From Eledone cirrhosa (taxonomy: Eukaryota), in contig OZ024747.1 of the NCBI GenBank assembly GCA_964016885.1, forward strand, positions 48,422,001 through 48,486,000: a stretch of DNA of 64,000 nucleotides. Reading direction: 5' to 3'. The stretch's first letter is position 1. Each line of letters opens with the position of its first letter. A program made the translations under genes and the position numbers. Under the pieces are notes generated by a model, which did no database searches, had not been told where the DNA came from, and worked only from the letters and a program-made list of their open reading frames with translations. Of this stretch, positions 26,893-40,409 are shown piece after piece.

Positions 26893-29800
26893 TCCCAGTT
26901 TTGTCTGTCTGGAGGTCGGGACCGAACCAGACCCCTAGCAATTTAACCGGTCCGTCCATTCAGCGCCCGACGACGCTGTTGGACGGCATGGACCTGCCTC
27001 TCCAGGTGCCGAGCTGCAGGCCCACTGACTTTTCCTGGTTGATCATTGCTCCTGTCACCGTTTCGTATTCTCTTAGTGTAGTGCCGATCCCCTCGATGTG
27101 TTTGGTGTTCCACACCACTACGGTGACATCGTCCGCATATGCTGACACGGATCTTCCGCATCCTAGTTCGCGCGGGACTCCCCTCAACGTCTCCAGTTTG
27201 TGCAGTAATGGCTCGAGCGTCAATACGTACAAGAGGGACGAGAGGGGACATCCTTGGCGGACCGAGCGCATGATGTTGAACGATTTCGAAAGGTGACCGT
27301 TCACTCTCACCACAGAGCAGATGTCGCTGTGCATGGCAGCGCTCCAGCCTCTGAAGACGGGCCCAAAGCCAGCCGCCCTCAGGACTGCCGCTAGGTAACA
27401 ATGGTCGACCCTATCGAAAGCTTTCGACTGATCTAAATTGATCAAGGACCCACCCGTGCCAGGTTCCCTAGCTACCCTCTCTACGATGTATCGCATGAGG
27501 TGGAGGTTGTCGTGGATGGATCTGTCGGGAATGGCGCATGTCTGCGCCTCTCCCACCAGACCACCAACGACAAGCGCCAACCTCTTTGCTAGCACCTTGG
27601 CCAAAATCTTGAACTCTGTGTTTAGGAGAGTTATGGGCCTAAAATTATCTATGTTATCCAACCTTGTTCGGATCCTTTCTCAGCAGCGCCACCGCTCCTC
27701 GTCTCACAGAACTGGGAATTCTCCCGTTCTGTTGCCAGTTGCAGTAGACGTCTGCCAAGAGCCCCCCGAACAAGTCTGGCATCTGTACGTAATGTTCATA
27801 GGGCAGACCATCCAAACCAGGCAATTTACCCCTTGTGCAGCCAGTCATTGCCTCCCGTACTTCAGCGGCTGTTATCGGCTTTTCGCAACACTCCGCCTCA
27901 GTGGCAGAGAGCCGCGGCAGTCCGTCGAGGTAGACACTAAAGTCCATTCCTCGATCCGGCCCGCCACTGCCCCCGAACAGCTGAGCGAAGTGTCGCTGAA
28001 AAGCTTCACACATTTTCCCGGGATCGAGTAGCATGCTCCCGTCTTGGTCCACCAAAGACCGGATCGTGGCTTTCTGCCACGATGCGCCTCCGACACTCGT
28101 GCCCATTGAACGGCTTTCGTCCCCTCGTGCCTGAGAGCACGCACCCTAGCTCTGACAACGCAGCCTTCGTGCTTTGCATTGAAGAATTGGTCAAGGCCAA
28201 TTTCGCCGCAAGTACGTCGGTCGCGATGCCTTTGCTAAGCGCCTCGTCTAATTTTCTAACTAGTTCTCCCTCTGCTCTATTTTTCTCGATTGCTAAAGCC
28301 TTACTAAACCTAATGGACTCTATTCTAATCGCTCTTATCAGAGCAAACCACCACTTGTTGTTGACGATGGCCCCCGTCAACGCCCGCTTAACTAGTTCGC
28401 TAATCCGGTCTCTGTAGGCCTTGCGCGCTGGTAAGGACGCGTTTAGCTTCCAGTAGCCGGGTCCTCGTCTATGAAGCCTATCTAAGTCAAGCACACAGAT
28501 CACGAATTTGTGGTCCGTGCAGCTGACTATCTTGAATTGTGGACAGCCTATGCTAGACCTATCTATTTCCCTACAAAATACTCTATCTAGATATGATCTG
28601 GATGGCCTTATGCGGTTTGTCCAAGTCCACATTGGCACATTCGGGAAATCCAATCGGTACCTGTCAGACAGTTCAAAACGCCTGAGCAGGTTGATGAGGC
28701 TCTTGCACCCTCCTCCCCTATCCGCTAATCCCACACAGTCCCAGCGTGCATCTAAGATCCCGTTCCAGTCGCCCACTAACACTAAAGAGCGGGACGTTCC
28801 AAGAAAGGTCTCCAGACGCCGGAAGAAATCAGGCCGCCCTGCTCCTGTCGGGGCATAGATGGCCACTTCTGAAAGCTTGCCCGTCTACGCTGGTCACGTC
28901 CAGCACCACCAACTTACCTTCTGGGTCCAGGAAGATGGCCCGTATGGCGAGATCGAAACCTCTCCGAAAAAGCACAGCAACTCCTCCCCCCGATCCAGGA
29001 CGGCTGGGAGATGCGTACACATCGTAGCTGCTGAAGATCGGTGCGAGGCCCGTGCTTCGGAGATTCTGGTCTCATCTATGTTTAGTGACTTGAGGTCGTT
29101 GAGCAGGTGGCCCTGCTTCCATGACGGCCCCAAGCCACGCGCATTTATGCTGCCTACTCTGAGTGAGGTCATGTTGAAATGGAGTGGAAAAGATGGGAAA
29201 GACCACTTACCTTACTTCTCGTAGAGGAAGGATGGTTTCTCCATCCTTTTCACTGCTTGTGGCATCCTCCGGAAGGATGTCCTTATAAATCCTCCTGCAG
29301 AGTGCTTGTCGGAAGTCTCCGATGTCTTTGGGGAATTTTTGTTTTAGTATCGTGTACGTTTTCTGTGTGATGCGAGTGATTTGTATGTGTGGAGGTGGTG
29401 TGAACTTTTGGGTTGTTGTGTAGTCTATTTTGTGATGCTGGTGTTGTGTTGGATGTAGTGTAATAATTGGTTGTTCAAATTTAATGCTGTGTAGTGTGTA
29501 TCGTTTTGGTTGTTTTGTTTTGTTTGCGTTTGTTGTGGGTTTGTTTCTGTTTCGCTTTTTGGTGACTTTTGTGGTGTTGGTGATGGTGGTGTTGGGGTTA
29601 ATGATGGTGATGGTGTTGGTGTTTGTGGTGATGGGGTTGGTGATGCTGGTGTGGATAGTGAAATAGCTGTCCTAACTTTTTTGTTTGATAGTTTATTTGT
29701 TTCCCTCTGTATTTTGTTTTTGGAGGGGGAAGGAAGAGAATTTTTTTCTTTTTTGGTTCCTTTTTCTTTTTTTTCTTTTTTCCTGATACCGTTTGCCACT

Positions 29801-31378
29801 CCTCGTCGTCACAATCTTCTCTCCAGTTGCGATAGGTCGGGGAGTGGAAAATCCTCCACAGGCGTTGGTTTCGGTTGTGGCCTGGTGGATGGTGTAGGCG
29901 CTGGTTCTAGTTCTGGCGCGTTGGGTGGTGGTGGTGTTGGTTTTGTTACTGTTGCTGGGGTTTTCGCTGTTACAATTGCTTCTGTTGTTGCTGTTACAGT
30001 TGTTGCTGTCATTTATGCTGATGGTGGTGTTGATGGTTGAGTCACTGGGGTGGGTAAGAGAGGTGGCCTCAACCTTTTAGCCTGAGGGCAGAAAGCCCTT
30101 AGGTGGGTTCCTTCACCACAAACTACACACCTAGGCATTCTGCCCTCGACGATTACGGTGAGGTGGCTGCCGTCAGTGAGGTCTATTACCTCTGGGATCT
30201 CCTCAATGCTTTTATGGTCCGCTTGGATCAGGAGCTCCATCCCAGATCCAGACCAGTTCTCCTGCCTTTCTTTCGCTATTTCGATTATCTTGATGTTGGC
30301 CTCGATGCCGGATAGGACGGCAGCCATTAGCCAGGGAATTTCGATAGCCGGTGGAACGTGGGTCACCCTGATCTTCACGAGTCTCTGTCCACAATAGCTT
30401 GGGACGAGTGTGAAGTCGTCACTTCTTAATGGAGCCATGGAGTGTTCTCTGGCCTCCTGTGGTGTTCCAAAGAACATGTCCACGGTTCCATATTTCTGCC
30501 CACGTCTGATGTGGGTTTTTTTTGCCCACACATGTCCCAAAGCTTTTTGGATTTGGGACTCAGATGCCCGTTCCACTCGGCGCGATTTTATGTTAATCGT
30601 CCGATAAGACACGGTGCATAGGCGCCGATGCTCCATTTTATTAGGTGGTGGTGGTGGTGGTTGTAGCGGTGGGGGACTGACCTTGTACCCATCTTTCTTT
30701 ACCATTCTCTTGGCTTCATCTAATTCCTCCTAAGTTACCTGGATTGCTACGCACTTTTTTACTACTCTGGCAAACGACAGGGTGGTTTTCTTATTCTCAT
30801 TGTTGTTGTTGCTGTTGTTGTTACCGTTATTTTTGTTATTGTTATTTTTAGTTTCAGTTGTGCTGGTGGTGGCGTCAGTGGTGCTCGGTGTGGAACAGTC
30901 CATTCTGGGTGAATCCATTTCGATGTCACGAGATCATTTATTTTTTTCTTTTGTTTCTGTTGTCGCTGTGGTGGTGGTGGGGGTGGCGGCTTCAACACCT
31001 GCAGTCATTGGTAATGGCGGGAAATGAATGTCTGCATGAGACAAATTTAAATTATTGCTACTGCTTATATTTCTAGTGTTGGCAAACGTAGTAATATTTA
31101 CAATGGTGTGTCGGTGTGAGGTGTTAGTTTGTGAGGAAGGTGTGACTCTGAGTCGTCCATGATTTTTTTCCAAGAAATTTTTTTTTGTTTGATAATTATA
31201 AAAGTTTAAATTTTGGGCTCAAGGCCCCAATCTTTTTGAGTGTCCTTTTCCGAAAGCAAATTTTGTGACCTTATAAATAGTTAACAACAAAAATTTTCCA
31301 TAAATGCCAATTTTAAACAAACAAAAACAACAAACCTTTGCGGAGCTCACGATGATACAATTTCCTACGTAGGTCGCC
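26893..31378 (-). mobile_element. Tx1/L1-clade LINE, 5'-complete (5' UTR, ORF1 with CCHC knuckle, ORF2 APE + RT), 3'-truncated and frameshifted
   Basis: ORF1 RCVVCGEGTHLRAFCP; ORF2 GSINARGL, LVGDWN, NFRPITLLNTEFK, LDQSKAFDRVDH, VRQGCPLS, AYADD; abuts (AAT)n at 31379-31409. Confidence 0.92.
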
Positions 31379-31413
<35 letters not shown>

Positions 31414-31563
31414 GAAGAAGAAGAAGGCAAACGGAAAATTACGAACGCCAAGCCTCGGGGTTTCATTTGTCTTTACATTGTAATATTGTAATCAAAGGTT
31501 TATTAAATTGAATGCTTTTTAGTATTCCTTCAAGCATTATTGACATGTACCAGGCTGGTGTGA

Positions 31564-31881
31564 TACTCTCAGGTCTTTAATCATTGTTCCACCCCCGCTT
31601 ATTAATCTTTCAGATTATTTCCACCCCACCCCCTGCTTATTAAATTTTGCTAATCTCTCTCGGGCGAACTTCACTTTGATACATCAGCTGGAGAATCTAA
31701 TAATAATTTTATTTCACATTAAAAAACATTATATATGAAAAAAAAGAGAACATTACAAGAAATCCCATATTTACGAACGTACACTATACAATTACCGACT
31801 CCCCCCCCCCCCCCCCGTTTATCCAAGCCAATGTCCAACCCCGCTTATTCCAAAGAGCCTATTATTTGGGACCCGAATGTA
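31564..31881. mobile_element. Possible old MITE with degenerate TIRs
   Basis: tactctcaggtctttaatcat vs reverse complement of the right end tacattcgggtcccaaataat; internal ccccgcttatt repeats. Confidence 0.3.
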
Positions 31882-32007
31882 CGTGATATTCTTTAGGTTG
31901 GAATCTTGGAAGATGTAATGTGTACAGGTTGTGTCCATCAAACAACTCCATTCTGTATTTCACTTCCCCAATATATATTTCCGTTATTCAATATATTTCA
32001 TGCACAC

Positions 32008-32113
<106 letters not shown>

Positions 32114-32444
32114 AGAGAGAGAGGGGGAGAGAGAGAGGAACACACACAGGCACACATATGGTCAAGGTTAGATGAAGACTAGCTCCAAGCATTCAGTTAA
32201 TTTTGATAATTTTGATAATTTTGATAATTTTGATATAATTAGTAGGTAATTTGTTATGAAGAGAATTAGCGAAAATTTTCATTTCACAACGGAGGCATAA
32301 TTGAATTCTATTTGTAATTCCAGCCGAGGACCAATGGATTGATTGAATTGTTAGACATTCCTGCAATTTGCCTTATCTCATCTGGTATCTGAGTTCAAAT
32401 CACACCTCATTCTCCCAACAGTTGCAGATAGTATTTTCATTGGA

Positions 32445-32792
32445 AACACATAGCGTATACACATACATAGTGTATACACATACATAGTGTATACACATAC
32501 AAAGTGTATACACATACATAGTGTATACACATACATAGTGTATACACATACAAAGTGTATACACATACATAGTGTGTATACACATACATAGTGTATACAC
32601 ATATATAGTGTATACACATATATAGTGTATACACAGATATAGCGTATACACATACATAGTGTATACACACACATAGTGTATACACACACACACATAGCCT
32701 ATACACACACATAACGTATACACACATACACACACACACACACACACATACACAGAGCATATATCCACACACACATAGCGTATACACACACA
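32445..32792. repeat. Minisatellite, 18-22-bp unit with palindromic core gtgtatacac
   Basis: (tagtgtatacacatacat)n. Confidence 0.9.
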
Positions 32793-33036
32793 TCAATCAC
32801 GATATTTTAGGATTTTGTTCTGTTCAGCTGCGGATGCTGTAGCTCTCGCACTTACCGCTGCATTCAAGATGTGGGAAGAAGCAAAAGAGTCACTAACTGT
32901 GACGTCCCAGATAAGGCACCTGCCTCTTGACCAAGGGCACAGGGTAAGGCCGTCAGATCTTTTCCCATTAATTCTGGACAACCCAGACAGTTCTAAAATC
33001 GAGATGTTCGCCCAGGCCAAAGATCTTAAGTGGTAA
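32793..33036 (-). pseudogene. CRE-like LINE RLE fragment
   Basis: LELSGLSRINGKRSDGLTLCPWSRGRCLIWDVTVSDSFA..AAEQNKILKY, homologous to the 21462 ORF. Confidence 0.75.
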
Positions 33037-33104
33037 TAGGACAGTGTGTGTATGTACGCGCAAGTGAGTTTGTCGGCGTTCTCGAATTAGAGACGTGTAT
33101 GAAC

Positions 33105-33578
33105 TAGTTTCAGAAGATCCCGTTAAGGGTGAAAGCAGCGATTCTTTGCTTAAACCTTAGTCTGTTATTTTAATAAATATTTGCTCGAGGGTTCTTATAT
33201 ATTTGATATATATTTCTCCACGCTCCACATATGACGTATTATCTTCGTTTTTTTTTCGTTCATTGCCAGAGAACGTCTCTATGAACCACCTAAGAGAACA
33301 TTAGTCTACGACCTCTTTTATACCATAAACGTGGTTCTGTCTTTGCGTGTAATTGTTTTTCACCGCTCCTATTAATGACGTATTATATTCGTTTTTCCCC
33401 GTTCTTTGCCAGGGAACGTTTCCACGAATCAAAGTATCGTCTTCCTGTCTTCCTCCGGTTGCAACGTTTTTTGAAATATTCACTTCTGCGTTTACAGATT
33501 GACTTTGTTAGTTTCAGAAGATCCCGTTAAGGGTGAAAGCAACGATTCTTTGCTTAAACTTTAATCTGTTATTTTAAT

Positions 33579-33581
<3 letters not shown>
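33105..33581 (+). mobile_element. Family A head-to-tail partial tandem with two CAGAAGA hammerheads (33106-33156 and 33510-33560)
   Basis: Both read agttt-CAGAAGA-tcccgttaagggt-GAAA-gca(g/a)cgattctttgc-TT-aaac. Confidence 0.75.
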
Positions 33582-33672
<91 letters not shown>

Positions 33673-33676
<4 letters not shown>

Positions 33677-34307
33677 TGTTATACTTTGGGAGGGTCATGT
33701 TGCCAATAAGAAACACACGCACCAGTTGCTTTCACTTCAATTTATTATAATAAATTTATAATAAATTTATAAATTTATAAATTTCTGGTTGGTTGGTTGG
33801 TTCCACAACCAGATAGTTGTTTATATATAGTCATAGTTCTTTCGTCACACACTCTGTGACCTCTTCAGTGACTGGGGATTCCTTTCTTTGTTTCTGTGCC
33901 TCTCCTTTGTTCTGTCCTACGCCAGACACACACAGACACCCGGATGTGGCGCATGCGCAGACTGAGCACACAACACACACACAGAAACAAAATGGCGTAG
34001 GACAGAACAAAGGAGAGGCACAGAAACAAAGAAAGGAATCCCCAGTCACTAAAGAGGTCACAGAGTGTGTGACGAAAGAACTATGACTATATATAAACAA
34101 CTATCTGGTTGTGGAACCAACCAACCAACCAGAAATTTATAAATTTATAAATTTATAAATTTATTATAAATTTATTATAATAAATTGAAGTGAAAGCAAC
34201 TGATGCGTGTGTTTCTTATTGGCAACATGACCCTCCCAAAGTATAACAATATCGGTTTCAACACACGATTTCAGATAAAGAATCTTGCTAAACAAATTCA
34301 GAAACGA

Positions 34308-34308
<1 letters not shown>
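33673..34308 (+). mobile_element. Family E fold-back element: ~250-bp inverted repeats plus ~55-bp tail
   Basis: 33673-33922 is the near-perfect reverse complement of 33992-34252; between (TA)n tracts. Confidence 0.85.
33829..33873 (-). ncRNA. Type I hammerhead ribozyme (family E); mirror copy at 34044-34088 has CTAAAGA (G5A)
   Basis: agtca-CTGAAGA-g gtcaca gagtg tgtgac-GAAA-gaac-TA-tgact. Confidence 0.72.
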
Positions 34309-34390
<82 letters not shown>

Positions 34391-34564
34391 AGTCCCTGTG
34401 TGTGTGTTACAATGCATCTTACATGCTGAAATGCTGTATTATATTGTATTGTGCACTTCAGTGACTCAGTTTGTAAACTAATACCCAATTCAGGCATTGT
34501 TATATAGGGTGGAGTCTCACTTCACTATGTAAAACAGAAAACAACAATAACAACAACAACAACA

Positions 34565-34623
<59 letters not shown>

Positions 34624-35454
34624 AGAAGCAGCTGGATAGTGATGACATATCCGGTATTCTAAGCTCAAAAGTTACTCTAAAGTCTTCTTATTTTCTTCGG
34701 AGGAAAGTTGTCGTCTGCTTGGCGGTGAAACGGGAAAGGATACACTTGTTATTATTATTGTTGTTGCTGTTGCTATTGCTGTTATCGTTGTTTTTGCTGT
34801 AGTGTTATTTTGTTGTTGTTGTTGTTTTCTTTGTTGTGTTATTTTTGTTGTGGTTGCTGTTGTTGCCTAGTCACGAGTCAACCCTGAGCCAATAATGATG
34901 AATGGTATTCTTGCAGCAACCAAATCATCATTTCTTTTCTAAATTTGGGGTTATATTATCTATTGTTTTATCGCTTAGACGTATGAGAAAGGGTTGAGTC
35001 CTTCAATCTTTGATCCTTTTTTAGTGTTTCCATGATTATTATTGTTGTTGTTACAGCCCACAAATAAGGTTTAGCTGGCTTCCCACGTAGTTGCATCTTG
35101 CACAATGTTTCTCGGGTGTTTTAATGATAGGGGTCCAGTCTTATGAAAAACAGTATGAAATGAAACGTCTTACTCTAAGAGGACAATGCACCGCACGGTA
35201 CAGGAATCGCATCCATAGTCTTATGATAGTAATTCCAGCACCGTAAACTACTAGGCAACATATCTTGAAAGCGAAGATCCGCTTCGAATGTTTTCAATAG
35301 AATTGGCTCCTCAGATGGCAACGGATTAAGTCTACGATTTATGAGTATAATGTGAAGAGTATAATTGACTATTTACCGAGAAGTAATGGAAAAGGTATAT
35401 CGTTGGCTAGCATACAACATGGATTATTGGTCGTATGGGATTTCATTATTTGGT

Positions 35455-36268
35455 TATTGTAACCAGTCTGTTCCGGAGGACTTTCGAACCGGGGACGATG
35501 GATAATTTCCAAAAATCCCTCGCTTGGCAGTGCTACCGGGGGGCACTGCCGTTTCGAGATAAACTCTACAGGCACGGAAGTGCTGTCAGACGGTCGTGCC
35601 CGAGATGTGCGCAGAGTGACGAAACCGTTCTGCACGCACCAGTCCAGTGTCCGTGCATTACTGACTTGTGGAGTTATGTCGAACTGCTGTTGTCGCGTGT
35701 AGAACGGATCCGGCTATCGGCCGAGTCCATAGTGAAGATCGACCCGCCGTCTTCTTTTGGCCAGGAAGGGCAGGAAATTTTCCTGTCTGGTGGCAGTGAA
35801 AGAGGTTGTATGGTGGACCAGGTTGAAAGGACTGAAGACAGACACTATCTCTTAGGCCAATCCCTCATCAACTTTTTCAAGTTTCACTTGGAAAAGAAGG
35901 TGAGGGTGGAGAGAGAAGTGCTGCTCCCCAGTACATTTGCTGAAAGGTGGGTGAATGTGGCGAGAATGGCCCGTGTGAGTGGGCCTACTCTGGTCATGCG
36001 CCTGTAGGTGGGTAAATTTGAGGAGGAGAGGGATGCCCTTCCAGGGTACTTCCGAAGCGTCGGGTCGTTCAGGATTGGTGGGGTACCTGAGCGAACCCCG
36101 GGTCGTCATTCTCCCTATTGGGGAATTTTTCTTGTTGTATTTTTCTTGTTACTTTGTTATTGTTATTCATATTGTTTACTCAATTTTTCTGTAAAACCCC
36201 ACTGTCCCAGTCTTTTGTATTGTCCCCTATATGTCGGTCCTTGTGGCCAATAAATGAAATCATTATTT
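35455..36268 (+). mobile_element. Tx1/L1-clade LINE 3' end
   Basis: DNFQKSLAWQCYRGALP..CPRCAQSDETVLH..QCP (zinc finger), homologous to 62566-63219; AATAAA then att remnant. Confidence 0.88.
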
Positions 36269-36617
36269 GGTTAGTGTTTAGCTATTACTTGATCTGTACG
36301 AGACTTTCACAACGGGGCAAAAATCCGAATGTATAACGAAACACACACACACACAAACACACATACATATCTACACCCACATCCACACCCACACCCATTA
36401 ACACATATATATACATATATAAACATACATACATACATACACACATAAATACTATATGCATATAAGTTAAATCAAGAACAAGAAAACAAAATCTATTACA
36501 GAATAAAATACTAAAATACCATTATATTAGCTTAACGCTTACAAGTTATAAGGGTCTTAATGTTTCAGAGGTTAGTCCCACATTGGAAGTTTCCCCATCC
36601 TTCCATAACACACACAT

Positions 36618-36694
<77 letters not shown>

Positions 36695-37105
36695 TATATA
36701 GACGTGCACGAACTCGCAATCTTACAGATAGCATGTCTTTTTATATATATCGGATACACATTTCAAACTTCAAATTTTTCCATTGCTTCTTAAGTCAAGC
36801 TCTTTGTTTGTTAATATATATATATATATATATACATATATCCATACGTACACAAACACATATTATGTTGGCTAATCAGGAACCAAATCCATATTATTAC
36901 GATTCTTGCATTTCTGCGACTATCAAATATCACCGCCTTCCAATTGCGATGCTTACATATGCATATTTGAAAATATCAATTTTCCTAAAAATTTCAACTA
37001 TTTTTTTTTACATGATTCTGACACGTATATTAATACATGGCTATATCAAGCTCAAGTACACATATCAAGCTCAAGCCATACATAAATATACAAATATTAC
37101 TTATA

Positions 37106-37136
<31 letters not shown>

Positions 37137-37150
37137 TGTATGTATGTATG

Positions 37151-37454
37151 TTTTGGTAAATATCCTCTTGGTTAAGAGAGTGGGACTGGCTTTGTGCAGT
37201 GCCTTTGCTCACTATAAAAGCTTCACGGCACAGGTATTGCTTTATATCTGGAGATCTCTCTGCACTTGTCGTCACATGGTACCATGGGCCCAGCACTATG
37301 TGTCAATAATTGTCACAGGTGTAGTGTTTGTACCAGAGTTTTCAAGTCGCTGGCTGGACTAAAAAGTCACACTCGTTCAGCGCATCAGTAGGGGTTCTCC
37401 TACATGGATATAAAGTAGTGGCCGTACTGGAAAACGAGTTGGCAGCCTCCACCA
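37151..37454 (+). mobile_element. 5'-truncated copy of a bipartite RTE-related non-autonomous retroelement, followed by (ATGT)n
   Basis: Near-identical to 37835-38136. Confidence 0.75.
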
Positions 37455-37528
37455 TGTATGTATGTATGTATGTATGTATGTATGTATGTATGTATGTATG
37501 TATGTATGTATGTATGTATGTATGTATG

Positions 37529-38136
37529 TCAGGTCACCAGTTGGTGCTACTGGTAACATGTATCCCAGTACAACCTGTCTCATGGTCGGGTCGTTGGCGA
37601 CTAAACTGGCAACCCCACCAAGGTTTCTTGGTGAGGAGGGTGACTTTGGACATCCTGCAGGACTAAAAACAAAACCTGTCAAAGGGCAAAGGAGCTCTTA
37701 AGAGTCAATGGCCATCCAAAATCACCGGGAGAGATGACCCCTTAGCCTTTGTCAAGGCAGAATTCTAGGAGAAGGAAAACTCTGATATAACACCTGCAAC
37801 TCTGATGGTATCCAATGATGTTGACATGTCCTTCTTTTTGGTAAATATCATCTTGGTTAAGAGAGTGGGACTGGCTTTGTGCAGTGCCTTTGCTCACTAT
37901 AAAAGCTTCACGGCACAGGCATTGCTTTATATCTGGAGATCTCTCTGCACTTGTCGTCACATGGTACCATGGGCCCAGCACTATGTGTCAATAATTGTCA
38001 CAAGTGTAGTGTTTGTACCAGAGTTTTCAAGTCGCTGGCTGGACTAAAAAGTCACACTCGTTCAGCGCATCGGTAGGGGTTCTCCTACATGGATATAAAG
38101 TAGTGGTCGTACTCGAAAACGAGTTGGCAGCCACCA
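37529..38136 (+). mobile_element. Bipartite RTE-related non-autonomous retroelement with (ATGT)n tail
   Basis: 5' part has RTE-5'UTR-like motifs (ggcaaccccacc, ctaggagaaggaaaactctga); 3' part shared with 37151 and 43670-43830. Confidence 0.6.
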
Positions 38137-38269
38137 TGTATGTATGTATGTATGTATGTATGTATGTATGTATGTATGTATGCATGTATGTATGTATGTA
38201 TGTATATATGAATGAACGTATATATGTATGTTATCTCTTTCTCTTAATTTCGAGTATATTTTTTTGACC

Positions 38270-39842
38270 GGCCACCTTCCTGGTGGCAAGGTTGTAAAAG
38301 AAAAGAAATTGTCATCCCTTGAATCGCAAGAATGTTTTGCAAATTTTGAAGGTGCCAGCTATCGCAGCCATTTGTAGACTATGAATTAGGGAGCTGCGCT
38401 CATTGTCCGCAAATCCAAGTTCAGTCATACTTTGGTCCAAACGGGTTGGTATATAACCCGTAGCTCCAATAATGATGGGTATGAAGCTAAAGGTGAATCT
38501 TGGATACTGGATTTGTAAACTCCTCATCAATGGTCCGTAGATGTCCTCCTTCTCCTGTATTTTTCTGACAACGTTTACATCAAATGGGCAGCTGATCTCC
38601 ACAACAGAACACGTTTTCAATGTGTGGTCCCAAACAACAATATCAGGGCGGTTGTGCTTTAATTTGGTGGCAGTTTTTATTTTCAGGTTCCACCAGTATT
38701 CCTTAGTGCCATCTGTCTCAATATATTCTTCCTCGTTTGTTATTAATTTTGTTTTCTGAAGTGCGTTCCAGATGGTTCTAGCTATTCTATCGTGTCTCAT
38801 GGGGAGGTAGCAGCGAGATGACATTCTTTCGCAGCTGGCAACAATGTGGCTTACATCCTCGATCTTTGTTTTACATAGCCTACATTTATTGTCAGCTGAT
38901 GGCCCTCCCCTTTTGTGCAGCTGATATTTAGTAGGGAGTTCTTGTTCATGTATTGCATAGAGATATCCCTCAAGGTGTGATGTCATAAACTTGTCGGAAC
39001 TCCATGCTAGGCTTTTTGAGTGGTTTATCCCTCTATGGTCTGTGTTTTACGTCTCAAATATCCATGCACAACTTTTTCTGTAAATTGGTCAATTTTTTTC
39101 ATCTTGTTTGAACATTGAATAGGGCTTCCGATTTCTCTGGGTGAGAGAGTTATATCAGGCTTTATTCCATATCTCTTCTCCAGATCAGTGGCTATTCTAA
39201 TGATATTTTTTTTTCATGCTCATAAACCTGTGCAAGATGGTTGCCAACCTTTTTCCTCTGTTGAAGGTGTTGCTTCAGTGTTATTATCTGGGTCTCATAT
39301 GATGTTAATATGGATTTTAGACCCCCTGCCACCTTCCTTGCGTGAGAAGTATAGCCTGTCCACATCACCATTGATGTTAAAATTCCCAGTAACACTGAGA
39401 AGTTTGCGAGTTCTAACATCCATCTAACTTAGTTCTTGCAATGACCAGTTCAGCAGGCCAAATGTTGGCGTTAGAATTGGCACAGCATAAGTATTGTGGG
39501 CATTTGTTGTACGCTGACAGTTCTGATGACCATATTTTCTTTACTCTTCTGAGGTATTCAGTTCTGGTTCTCTCCTTATTTATGGGTCCATCATATCTGA
39601 CATTCTCATCCTGTCCAAGATATCTGTAGTTGTCACCTGACTGTAGAGGTTGTATTGTCAGGCCGTTCATCTCTAGATTTCTAGAGGAGGCCACAGCTCT
39701 TCCATGTTTTACTGCCAAATATGCACACTTGGACTCACCAAATTTCATTTTGATGTCGGTTGAAAATTGTGTAATGAGGTCCAATTGTTTCTTGATGTCA
39801 TTGATATTTGGCCCATACAACTTTACGTCATCAACAAAGAAA
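38270..39842 (-). mobile_element. R4/Dong-like RLE LINE, 3' half, frameshifted
   Basis: FVDDVKLY, YRYLG, CRLC..EDVSHIVASC..YLPMRHD, KHNRPDIVVWD..VEISCPFD, PIIIGATG; flanked by (ATGT)n. Confidence 0.85.
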
Positions 39843-40409
39843 TGTATGTATGTATATATGTATGTATATATGTATGTATGTACGTATATATATATGCATG
39901 TATGTACGTATGTATGTATGTTTTTCTAGTTTTCACTTGTTTTGTTTATATTGATGTCGTGTCGAGCCATGTTGCTGTAGCGAATCCTAGTAAGGTGAAT
40001 TCAATTTTTAGACAGATAACTCTACGATTTCGAATAAAATGTGTCTTTTGTGAATATCATCAGAATAATAACCAGTTATTTAACACGGCTGGTAGTTGTG
40101 GCATTACTGTCGGAGATATTATTCATCTTAAAGTTGATGCATAGTCTCCCACGTCATATGTACGATAGCTCACATCGAAGGATTTGTATGTATGTTCTTC
40201 TGGTTTTATAATTTCACAAATTTTTACCAATAGAGAGAGAGTCGGTTTCTACCAAAGACACAAGACTCTCTCATTGGAATTTACACATCAACTAGGTAGA
40301 TTATGTATGCATGCATATGTATATATGGATGTTATTGTATGTGTGGATGTGTATGTTTTGAGTTGTATGTGTGCATGTGTATATGCTTTGCATCTGTACA
40401 TGTGTATAT

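Noticed and set aside
32445-32792. Regularly spaced palindromic repeats resembling a CRISPR array
   Set aside because: No unique spacers and no cas genes; eukaryotic minisatellite
33817-34100. Mirror-image ORF pairs on both strands (also 53628-54016 and 60212/61154)
   Set aside because: By-products of the inverted repeats; no protein similarity recognised
37700-37800. Possible HDV-like ribozyme in the RTE-like 5' UTR
   Set aside because: Could not build the nested double pseudoknot convincingly by hand
39930-40200. Possible minus-strand GIY-YIG remnant (RCELSYI*R)
   Set aside because: Too short and degenerate to support by eye
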